Assembly (NCBI RefSeq): GCF_008831285.2
Contig: NC_045138.2
Span: 29,636,001 to 29,700,000, forward strand
Source of the DNA: Nymphaea colorata
Taxonomy: Eukaryota
Length of the DNA stretch: 64,000 bases
Direction of reading: 5' to 3'
A program made the translations under genes and the position numbers. How positions within the stretch are numbered: the first letter of the stretch is position 1; every line of letters begins with the position of its first letter. This document shows positions 13,601 through 25,300 of this stretch, one piece after another. The notes under the pieces are model-generated. The model saw only the letters and a program-made list of their open reading frames with translations, made no database searches and was not told where the DNA came from.

Positions 13601-14482
13601 CCTCTTCATATATATTTTGAAGACAAGGAAAAGTGTTTTGAAATGAAAAGTTGACTCTGTGGTTTTGGGGTGTGTGCGTCTATGTGGGTGCATCTGTGTG
13701 AGAGAGAGAGGGAGAGAGAGAAAGAGAGAACAACTCCTTTTGCATTGCCTTTTTATTCTTTTGGACATAATCCCAGGATAGAAAATAATGGTTTCTTTGT
13801 AAAATTAGGATAACTGCACTCTTTTTTGCACCCATACTGTTGCAGATGAAAGTACCAAGTGATTTGATGGTTATTGGGTACTAATTCTTTTGCTACTTGC
13901 AAACAATCAGGTACAGAAACCTTATTGAGAGGGCTCTAAGGGCACGGCTTGTCTATGGAACCCCAAATATGAATCGTGCTGTCAGTTTTGAGTACATGAA
14001 TCGCCAGTTGGTGTGGAATGAATTCTCAGTGAGTCTCTTGTGCTTTCAATACATGAAATCTCGTGTATATAAGCAATAACAGTATTACAATGTGAGACAT
14101 GATTTGTACTGAAATCGGATTTTTACCAGTTATCAAGCATCTTAGATTGTTCTGCGATTGTTGAAAAGTACGTGATTGGCTATGTTGATCTAGTTTCTAC
14201 TGACAAGGAGGTGTATTTTGCAGGAAATGCTGCTTCTGCTTCTTCCCCTTCTCAATGCATCATCCTTTAGGAGATTTTTTCTCCCTTTCTCGAAAGATAA
14301 ACAATCTGGAAGCTCCAGTGATGATGCAGCCTGCCCTATTTGTCATAGAAGTCCTGCAGTTCCATTTAGTGCCCAACCATGCCAACACAGGTATGTCAGT
14401 AGAAGCTGCCAACTCCAAGTGATCTGCATGTGGTTATATTGCCTATAGCATTTTCACTTGGGTTGATCATCAACAAGGTAAT

Positions 14483-14540
<58 letters not shown>

Positions 14541-16135
14541 AAATCGTACATGCCACAAGCCCTATATATAGACTCACACACACACACGAACAAGTGATTG
14601 GTGGATCTAGCTAACAAATATTATGGTCATCCAGCTGGTTTGACTGGATTCCTGCCGATTGATATCAATTTTGACTTCATGGATGAGCTTGGACTGCCCA
14701 AATTCTGTGTTTGGAAACTGATGCACAGATTGAATTTTTGGATCCTTCCTCCAATTTTTCATCAACTAAAACTGCTTATCTTAAGATCCTTATAAAATTT
14801 GATTTGTGTAAATGGATTTTGGCGTTTTTTCTCCAACGCTGTAGAATTGAACTGTCTGAGCTCTTCCTGTGAAGTCAGATTGGAAAAAGTTGGCAGGAGT
14901 CGGGCTGAATCGGCGGGACAGTCATGTATATTGGTTGACTTGACCAAAATTTTCCGCTCGTATATATCCGTGCACGGATCAGCACAAAAAAATGTTTCTC
15001 CTGTGGATGAAATATTTTGAGCTGAAAAACTCTGGGCATCAATTTTTAATTTGCTATTAGAACCTGACCTATGAATTGAAGAAAGGCACGACTTTTAAGT
15101 TAATTGTTTTGGCATGAAGGGCATCTGTGCTATTAATTTGATGAAATAACACCTGCAAGTAAAAGTCTCAGCTCAGGACCAGGTTTCCATGGTTCACTTG
15201 ACGACATTTTCCTTGATGCACTTCATTATGTATCAGATTTTCCTACATACCCAAGTATTCGCAAATTTAACCATATGGATATAATCTGATTTTCATGACC
15301 AAGAACTTAAGAACCAACATAAAAAATCATGCTTTCTTGTTGAGCCCTTATACAAGTAATTTTTACATAAAAAAAGAACATGATTTCTCCATCGAATTTC
15401 AGGTTTGTGGACATGAAGGTTATATGCTATAGCTAATTCTTTAAATATGCTTAATGTTAACGGTAGGACTCAATTCTTCAGCTTTGCCAAGAGTTTATTA
15501 GATATGACGGTTTGGGAAATCGGTAAACAGTCTAAGGGTCACACACACACACACACCAGACAGATTTGTATATCCTAGAGAACTGAAGTCAAGGGAACTG
15601 ATGTCAAGGACGATTAGCGGACATCTCAAAATGGTTTGTTCAGTGTTTTTTTTGTACTCTAATGTTGTAAATATGATTTGACAGTTGATTTGGTAGGAAA
15701 CTAAGCAATGAAAAATTTAGCTGCTCCAATGAATGCCCAAATTTGATGTAAAAAAATCAGTTTTTTTCATGAAATCAGAGCATGTTCTATTGTAAATAAG
15801 CAACGAAAGACACATCAAAAAGTTTGGATTAAGTTTAAAACATATTTAGGTTCATTATTTGAGTTTTCCGGTTTTGTTCCTGTCATAAGTTTTCTGGGAC
15901 CTACCGAGCACCCATATAAGGATGGGCATGAATGCGCACAGACGCACACAACACACACACACACACACACACACAATATGATGCTGAAACCATTAGATTC
16001 AATGATTACAGGTATTGTTACTACTGCCTTCGGACTCGTTCTGCGGCAAATTCATCATTTAGATGTGCTCGTTGCAACGAACCAGTTCTTGCCATGCAGC
16101 GCACTCGTTTTTCAACAGATCCTAAACCTCAGTGA
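10637..16135 (+). CDS. PEX2: Peroxin 2 (peroxisome biogenesis RING-finger protein); 8 coding exons
   Basis: Exons 10637-10750, 10880-10993, 11956-12112, 12850-12986, 13080-13180, 13911-14028, 14224-14390, 16012-16135 (GT-AG). Translation includes SRVNQVDAGRLDVEMSAMLKEQL, YEPELDAFLEFLIWRFSIWVDKPTPGNALMNLRYRDER, RAVSFEYMNRQLVWNEFSEMLLLLLPLL and a C3HC4 RING (CPICHRSP...PCQHRYCYYCLRTR...FRCARC). Confidence 0.95.
14485..14536. repeat. (AT)n microsatellite in the last PEX2 intron
   Basis: Uninterrupted AT dinucleotide run. Confidence 0.95.
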
Positions 16136-16254
16136 ATCGCATTGAGAATTACCCAAAAAAATATATATATAGTTACAGAAAAAGAGAACGTTTCAGTTAT
16201 GGTTAATTGTATTCTACAGCGATGTATAACAAAGTAGCCAACTTGTGCAATGGT

Positions 16255-19200
16255 TTATGCCTTTGCAGCTCTCAATAGTTCTCCCCAGGATGCAATCTTC
16301 TCTCTGGGTTTGTTCTTCCTGTTGCCGGCAGCTCTCTCAATGCAATCTATCTTTTCCCAGTCGCTGAAAGTTACGTACGTGATGCCCCTGTTCTCTAATA
16401 GTTGGACCAAACCTGCTCGTCCCAATCTCATATCTGCAGTTTCTGTGAATTTACCTTGTTCTATGTCTTCTGAGATGCTGTATACCTGACAGTTTAATGG
16501 TGGCTGTCAGCATCCTGAGTTTCTGATCTATCGTAAACAAGGTCTTTTGAAATGGTGACACTCGACAGACAAACTTACAGTTTCCTCAGAGCAGTACAGG
16601 TTTGTGGCGATGATTCCAGTGGGTCCTCTTTTTAACCAACCTGCTACGTACAGACCCTTTTCGAGAAGATGGGGTTCTGAGCCGTCTCTTAGCACTCGGC
16701 CTCTGATGTTTGGTACTATACCTAGCAATAGAATGGATTGTCAGCCTTGTGCTCCAAATGGACCAATGCAGTGTTACCCTTAGTTGTAACAAATGATACC
16801 CTTAGTTGTAACAAATGATTTTGGCTTGTACTCATTGTGGATGATGATCTAAAAGTCTCCTCATCACATAAGGTAATTCTGGCCACTGCTAACCGTCCTT
16901 CCGGTTTTTCCTGCCAACAGTACTTTTTGTTCTTTTGTGAAACGAGTTTCAAGGAAGCATGGACTCGAGCCCTTTTTGGCAACAGGTATGAGGTATCAGC
17001 CCCTAAATGAACCCACCACAAACCAACTATAACCCAATTGTTTGGGTTAAGCTCCCAAATCACTGGAATCCTCCGAACCTTTTCTAACCCCTTTTTGTAA
17101 AAAAGGGAGGTCCCCTATTCCCCTAGCAGGGATGAACAGAAGCGTAGCTTGCCGTTTTCCTATGATTTGGACATGGAGTGATAGAGAACCAGGCTCAGAC
17201 TGATGTGCGACAGCCACAGCTGATCGTTCTATGCCAACTAATGTTCTGGTAAGGGTAAATAATTGGTGGTGATTTTTGTCAATGCACGATCGAACTTTGA
17301 GTGGGGTTAAGTGCATATATAAGCCAAAACAGCTTAAGAGGCTGGAATTTACTGACCTCTGTGACTATCAAAAGGCAATCCATCAATTGACAGAGACTTG
17401 TAACCGATACTTTTCAACACTAACCTGAAATCAGCAGCAAACCAGAAATTCAAGTATCAGTTCTTATGTAAGCAATTTTTTGTAGTTATCTCTGCAAAGG
17501 AAGGTCTTGCACAAAAAATTTGTAAGATAGTTTTCTGGGAATCCAATTCATGAACCACAGATTTAACTATCCATTCAGCCACACGTTACAAACCCCAATA
17601 ACTCGTCTTGAAACATGATATCATATATAGGGATGCAAATAACTTGGATTCAAATAGTCTAAATACATGAGAATTGGAAAATAAAGCTCATACACCTAAA
17701 GAAACCAAAATGCCAAAAGCATCCTAATGGTTTGGATCCCTAATCACATTGGTCCTAGACGGGAACATAAGAGCCATGAGATATCCAAGTGTATCTAGCC
17801 CTACCCGCTGCCTTTATTATATAACTGAGAAACTCAATTTTGTTGCAAGCTACTACATTATATACAGTGCAACGAATAGATGTTCCACCAACATATGGTA
17901 AGCTGGCAATGTCAATGCTTAACTACGTTACATGGTATAATTAACTTGTACTTTGGGGAAGCTGCTGTACATAACCAGATAATATTACTAATGTGTTCTG
18001 GGAACACCAGATATTCTTCCAATTCAAATTGACAAGTTAATGACCTAGTGCCAATACTAGATGTTCAAGCTACCAACATGCAAACCATGAACAATCTAAG
18101 GAGCATAAAATATAAGATTATCCTGTATCAGGCAAATGAAAAAAAACATGAAACGGATGCATAGCATATTCTTTCTGATTCATCTGTTCCAATATGAAGT
18201 TGACTTGGAAGCTTTACTTTTCAACACGAGTACATAAGTATAAAAAGGTGATATACCACAAACCAAAGAAAAGTACTTTGTTAGTACAAAGACAAGCATG
18301 ATTCATGTCAAATATTACCAAGAAATTTTGGAAGTCGCCACTTGAGTGTAGGATACATAATAAGAAGTCAAATATCATTGTTCCTCAACGGCACAATATA
18401 TTGATTCTGTTGTCTGAAGACTTACCCAGCTTGAAGGTCCTCAAATTGCCCACTACCAAACGCAGACTGCTTACCTGTGCCAGTTTCTGTGGTATAAGGA
18501 ACAACGAACCGTCAGGAAACCTAATGCGTGGTACTGGTACCAATATTATACTAGACAGAAATTTACCATTCTGTAAATCATGCCAGACCTAAGTTTCGTT
18601 TGTGCAATACAAATAGAAGGCAGTTCTTAATCTATTAAACACAAAAAACCTTTCAAAACTGTCTTCTCCAGGTGTACTCCAGAAACTCTGCCTTCAGTAT
18701 CAGACTGTAAGAAGCTGTCTGGCTTCCGGAAAAAAACAAAGTGAAGCTCACGCTGACAAGAAGTAGTGTTCAAATGCTGGGAGGCTCCCTTACAGAATAG
18801 TTCATATACTCGTTTTTGGATCCTACTGTTCTTAAGCTCTTCCTGCACATAACCATATCATGCACTCATCATTTCTCAAGTGATGATAAAAGTGAAGAGG
18901 AAAAAAGAGCAACCACATCAATGGGAAAAAGGGAAAAGACACAGAGTGAGAGATAAAATGGATGTATGATATCAGATTCTACGATTTGTTAGTTCCAAGT
19001 ACCCAAGAGACGTTGTACCTCATCCAGATATGACAGCTTTAGATCAGCTTCCTGGATGTGGACATGCAAATTCTTGATACCTGCAAGGAAAGACTAGTTG
19101 CTTTAAAGTGAACATGCATGGAAATACGATGATCCAACAAACAATCAGTACTTCGCTTAATCATCAAATCATCTATTCTTTTTGTAAATATTATATTCTT

Positions 19201-21597
19201 TGTAAGATTCCAATTTTTATGTTAACAATCTTGCATGTTCTTGGAAACGTTTACTATTATAACAAAATCAAATTGCCATACCCACTATTTAATAGCGATG
19301 AGAAAGTCCACAAATTAGTCCTAAAACTAAAAACTGACCAAGAATTTCACGTAGCTCCTTGGCAGTACAGGCAGCCTGTGCTGGTCCACGCCTTCCAACC
19401 AGATATACTTTTCTACAGAAGAAATGTACATAAGCATTTGCTAGTGCCACGTTAAGAAAATATTATGCCTGATAATTACATCTGAAATTACCTGATTGAA
19501 CTCTCCGCAAGAGCAACCAAAGCATGTTCTGCAATATCCGTAGTTGCCAATGCAGCTGAATCTCGCAAAAGTACACGCGCAACATCCAGAGCTACATTAC
19601 CCTAACATAATGCATTGCCAACTCATTCAGTAAGCATTATATTTTTGTAACATAAAATTTCTAATACAAATGAACAACAATATAATTTGATCCCCTAATT
19701 GGACTGATCTGCTAAGCTATCATGAGTTTGGGGATACAACTTCAAGCACGTATATGTTCTGCAAACATTATACTTAATAAGTTTAAAAAGACAATATATC
19801 ACAAAAGAACATACATATGAAACATAACTTGTTGACATAGAAAGAACTACCAGGCATTTTTTTTCTAAACATAATTTCATCAATTCTTAATCATGTAATG
19901 TAAACTAAATTAATTCACCTAAACTATTAACACACCTGCCCAAGCACAATAGCTGTATCAGTTGTCCTCAAGTCGGGTGAAAGGGTGTTACAGTCAGGAT
20001 GCCCATTATACCACCAAACAAACTCTCTAGCGGAGTAAATCCCAGCCAAATCCTAGTTTAAAAGAATAATCAAGCAGAACACCATGTTACCACTTTAATA
20101 GGCTCCATTTCTAACATCATTCATTTAAATTACATCGACATACTTCACCAGGAACACCCAGAACTCTGTCGCTTTCAGCACCATATGCAAGCACCACCTG
20201 CAAGCATTATCTGGATGTCAGTCGACCGTCAGAAGATAAAAACGGCAGTTTGAAATGCGCATGCAGAGCATCATTATTTACATTATTTTCTACCCCTATC
20301 AATACAAAGCCTCACTAAATTGTTGACTTGATCTCATTGCAGCACCTCCACAGCCACTGGCTTTGGGCCATTTTAAGCATATTTCAAGTTAGTATTTGGG
20401 ATGACGTCAAAGATTACCACATGGTACAACTCCCGCAGCTCTGAGAGTGAAATGCTAGCTCCGAGTGTCACATTTCCAAAGAAAGAACACCGTTGATCCA
20501 CAGCAACACGTGAAAACTGGTTGATGACAATCTGTTGCAAGTATTCTGATGAAGCTAAGTTTAATTACGCATTCATTACCAATAATGACAAAGTCGACAT
20601 ATTATCACTTCACAACAATGAGAAAAACAGCGGCATCAGCGGTATTTGAAAGTTCTGATAGGTGGTAACTAATCAGTGAATTCAGTATATACTTTTGGCG
20701 AATACCCAAAACAAGGTCTAAGACATCAAAATATGATTCCCAAAGAAAGAATAACTCGCAATCAAAGTTTTACAAAATTTCTTTTGTTTATTGATGGGGA
20801 AAATCCATGAATCCAAAGAAACCTTGATCTATCATCTGCAAGCCATTAATTGAGCATATAAACAATCGCCACTGTATTCAATTTCTATGAGAGGACAGCG
20901 AAGAATCCAATTAAGTATCATTCAAGTTTGCTAGGGAAATGCAGAACAGTTTTCATGACCAGCGCAACACAATGATGCCAATTGCGAACTTGTGAATCGG
21001 GAACCGATATCAAACTATCTAAAATTCTTCAGCGACTTGCACACCATTTTAGACAGAGTTGCAGGAACTAACTACTTGGAATTTGAAAATCCTAAACTTT
21101 ATAGTCGAACCCGATGGCCGAAAAATTTAGACTCCAATGTTAAGTTCTCTTCCGCATCTAGGATTTACTTACCTTCGTTTCAGGATGATCAGGTGCAACT
21201 CCCGAACGGACGAGCCCAAACGGCGTCGGTAACCGATCGATGATGTCCACCTCTGCTCCTTTATGTGATTTTAACATCTAGGTTGAAGAGAGAGAGAGAG
21301 AGAAGACACGACCACATTAATCAGAAAAACCAAGAGTAACAAAAGAGGAAGAAGGGCGTGCATGCCAATTAATGTAATATACCAAATACATCGTTTGGAG
21401 ATTCTGAGATGAGAAAAGAAAGCCTCCGAGTTTACCTTCTCTGCAGTGTAAAACCCTGCTGGTCCACTGCCAACGACGCAAACGTGCAACGGGTGAGATG
21501 AGGAGCAAGAAGAAGAATAAGACAAAGAAGAAGAAGGAAAACGAGAGGCGCAAATGCTTCTCGATCCCCATGCCCTTCTTGCTAGTCTGAAAACCAT
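16255..21597 (-). CDS. MFDR: NADPH:adrenodoxin oxidoreductase (mitochondrial ferredoxin reductase); 13 coding exons
   Basis: Minus-strand exons 21597-21436, 21277-21173, 20531-20418, 20197-20144, 20052-19936, 19601-19492, 19412-19339, 19080-19019, 18842-18650, 18486-18426, 17424-17357, 16721-16579, 16485-16255. Arg/Ser-rich presequence [17 protein letters not shown] motif [38 protein letters not shown] motif [50 protein letters not shown]. Confidence 0.95.
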
Positions 21598-21917
21598 TTC
21601 TGCGCTCCCTCCTTCTCTCTCTTCCCCCTCTCTGAAGCCGGAGGCCGACGAGGAAGGAGGAGGGCGAAGGCCGGGAAGGGAGGTTCGGATCGGGCCCGAG
21701 CGAGAGCATCCAATCGATGTTCTTATCTTGCCCGATCCAGCACCACAGTAGCAGTTCACAAATTTTCCTTCGCAACCACCACCGCTTCTCGCTTCCCATC
21801 GTTTCCTCGAATCCCACCACACGTGATATTTCTCAAAGGTTCGCTTCCCCAGCTTTCCCATTTGTGAGTAGTTCAGAAAAATATGTCCATGGTGTGGTTG
21901 GGTTGTAATGATTTTAT

Positions 21918-21928
<11 letters not shown>

Positions 21929-21976
<48 letters not shown>
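21929..21976. repeat. (TA)n microsatellite preceded by (CA)n
   Basis: Direct reading of the sequence. Confidence 0.95.
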
Positions 21977-21979
<3 letters not shown>

Positions 21980-22079
21980 ATCTCTAATTTGTAAGGTTAA
22001 ATAGCTAAGCATGGTTAAATAAGTAGACAGAGCCAAAGGAGTTGGTATGATAGAGCGGGTTTTTGGGTATCTTGGAGGT

Positions 22080-22395
22080 ATATATGTCAATAAATACAAT
22101 AAATCCGATTTAAATTTGATCTGCCCCCACTGAAAAAATGGATATGGAAGAAGATTTGATATCCCGCTTAAGAATTCGGAGGATAAAAGAAATGACATCC
22201 ATCGAATTCAGATTCAGATTTAAGTAAATATTGACCGGATTCAGATTCAGATTACATATAGTTTTAAATAAATATCTTATATTTTTCTTCATCCAAATTC
22301 GAATATGAATTTAAATTTGAGTATATAAAAATCCAAAACAATAGATATGGTAAAGTATACATCTCTTTCAAATCTGATCCGAATGTTGGTCCCTC
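22080..22395 (+). mobile_element. Degenerate hAT-type MITE of the same family as 61494-61934
   Basis: Shares AAATGACATC, GGATTCAGATT and AAATATCTTATAT blocks with the 61494 element; degraded ends (ATGTCAAT...GTTGGTCCCT). Confidence 0.6.
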
Positions 22396-25300
22396 TTCAG
22401 GCAGGCGCCATAGATGTAAAACTTGAGAAGGTATAAAGGGATTTTATAGCTGCTTCCAAGTGGGTTCAAGTTTGAGTTTCCTTCCAAACTGGTTTTAGGG
22501 ATTTCAAATCTTCGCATGCCAGGGTTGGAAGCAAGCAATTTAAAATGGCATGCATATTTTGGACGTTGGAACTAAATTTGAATGCAAACAGTGGGAATTC
22601 AGCAAAAAATATTGATACATTTTCCATATCCAAGTTTGCGGATCCGATTCCAAGTCCAATTGAGCAATACACAATTATCTGGATTTGGTGCCAGTTATGA
22701 TACAACTGCTCTCCGGATCCAATTTCCTGACTTCGCCATTCGTGGCATCAGATGTCACAATTAGATCTTGAACAACTACTACAAAGTCACAGAAAACTGA
22801 AGTTTTGGAGCATTATGACAAAGCGCTTGCCTGCATTTGAACAGCTTAGTTGACTGAACATTTTCCAGTTCTTTATACACTGCCCACTTGGCAGCTTAAT
22901 TTGCTTCACAATCAAGCTCTTGACATCTCTAACAGTACCCTTTGAATCTTGGTGTTTTATGCTGTTGGACTCAACATTCAACCATGTAGATGTGTTCATG
23001 ATCAATATCTATCAGTATCCCTTGAGCATGTTGTTTCACAATGTAAAGATTTTGTTCCTTGAAGTCATGAACTGTTTGTTGATTTCCTGACCATATGGAT
23101 ATTGGGAATGTTGTTAAATCACATGCATCTTAGACCCCAATGCAAAATCGATCTTAAAGATCACATTTACATGGTGAAAAATTGATTTGATGAAACAACC
23201 TAAGTGGCTGAACATTGAGGTCTTAAAGGGTATATGAACATAAGCTTGTTCATGTACCCTGCAGCTTGGGCTTCATCTCTTGTGCTGTCAGGCAGGTTGC
23301 CAGCAATCTGTTCTGCCACCATGGATGCTAAGATAAAGCCTCTGATACATCTGAAAGAACACAAATGAAAAGGAGAGCTCAGGGTTTCTTTTTGAATTTT
23401 AACAGTTGAGCAACTTCTCTGCACAAGTTTGCTTTGGCTTCATTTGAGAATGGAAAATTTCCAGGCGTTACTTAAAATTGCGCCTCTCTTGATGAAAGAT
23501 CATAGTGGTTCAAAGACCTTGCCAGTTAGCACAAGACAGTGACCACAGGGGCACTTTTCTATTGGACCAAGTTAGAAGAGAAATTGGGACTTCTTGGAAG
23601 AGCAGTTTCTAACCTAGTGTGTTCTAATTATGATACTGATTATAAATGGGTTATTACATAGATGGTTGACTTGCTTCCTAACCTTTTTGAGGGCTGGAGC
23701 CAAAACTGCTAAGGGGCTGGTTGGAATCCGTCATACTAAGGGTTTGAGCTCAGAAGTGGGTCGGGTTGTTACACACATACATAAAGAGAAGTACTTTCAC
23801 AGTCAAAATTCCGCGGAACAGGCAATCAATACTCACCAGGTGTGCTAACCGATGAGATATTAGGGAGAATCAATCCTTGCTAAGATGGGGTTGCCAGCGT
23901 AAGTTGTCAGTTGATTTCACTTAATAAAAGCATGAAATGAAAGACTGTTTAACAAATCCTTTTGAATCTATTCTTCGGTCAAAGAATTAGGATGGCTGCA
24001 TTGGTATGACATATGGTACCCATATATCCACACAAGGATTGGATTGAAACAAAGGAATTGTTTCTATCAAAAGTAAGCCAAGAAAAAAAGGACATCACCA
24101 TAAAGAAAATTATCCTAGTCCTAGGCTCTTTCTCCCTCTATTTTTTTTGCCATATAGATCACTGTGCAAGAGCCGTGCCGAGTCTCGCCTCCATGAAAGA
24201 AGAATAGGTTCTCTTCCTCACATTCCCTAGAAGCTAGCAAAAGCCCTACCTTGTGCTGATTGCTTTGTTTTCTACCTTCCAAAAAGTCAAGGCTTGCCAT
24301 CTTCTTTTTGCGAATATAATAACCATGTGCTCCCTTTTTGGACATTAATGGAAAATTTGATATCTTTCTTTGGTCCTTCGAGGTACCCAAGGTTGCTATG
24401 CCTATTCTACTGAAAGCATGCCCAGTCGATTGGTTTTTAGCAAAAGAAGTGTGAATGGAATTGTTGTTGGTAGACCTAAAATACCTTGTGCTTCATGATT
24501 TCACATGTTCGATTGATCAACTTGGAAGTATGAAAAAAATTTGGAACAATAATTTGAGGTTGATAGCTCCCCATTCTGTAATTTTGATATATATATGTAT
24601 ATATATATGCGTTTATCTTTAACTTATTAATTATTATGTGTTCTAATGGAAAGTAATGGTTGATTTGGAAGGATATGATATGTTCTTGAGGTTCCCATCT
24701 AAGCCACAACATCTGCCTTTGCATAAAGTTGCATCAAATTTTTTAAGTAGGTCTTTCAAATGGATGTCGAATTAAATCTTACCTAATGATGCCCGTTCAC
24801 ATTATATTCTACAACAAAATGCCAGTCTGCTTTCTTAAGCAAGAATATATATCAGTCCCATCTTAGACTTTTTACGAAAAGATTTTTGGATGTCATTTTG
24901 CTCTCGAAAAATTTACTGATTTCATTCATTCAGTTAGTTAATCTTATATCAGTCTGTAATAATCACGTTGAAGTCTTGGAGGGTGTTATCTTAATGGTAT
25001 TAAAGAGTGTTGGATCGCTGGGGCTAAACAGACCTCTTCTTTTTTTTCCACTCCATTCCATCTTCACTGCTTTCTCTTTCTAGTTTTCTCTCTCTTCTGT
25101 TCCTAACAACTTATGAGGGGCCTTATGAAATGGTTTCTATCTCTCTATCTGTCTCTCTTCTGCACGCGTGAGACAAGGGAAGAATCGTTTATTGACATTG
25201 GGGCTTAGAGATTGTCCCCTGGAATATATAAAACGAAGCAAAGTACTAATATAAAAAGAAGGAAAAAGCTGTGAAGAATATAAATGGCGCTGAACAACCA

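Noticed and set aside
17030..17330. Structured segment in MFDR intron 11 with a USE-like GTCGCACATCAG on the minus strand and several short hairpins (possible snRNA/snoRNA/telomerase RNA)
   Set aside because: No correctly spaced TATA, no clear C/D or H/ACA boxes and no match to snRNAs I recognise. An Infernal/Rfam scan would settle it.
25255..25280. AAAGCTGTGAAGAA resembling the miR396 complement
   Set aside because: Only a partial match and no pairing arm.
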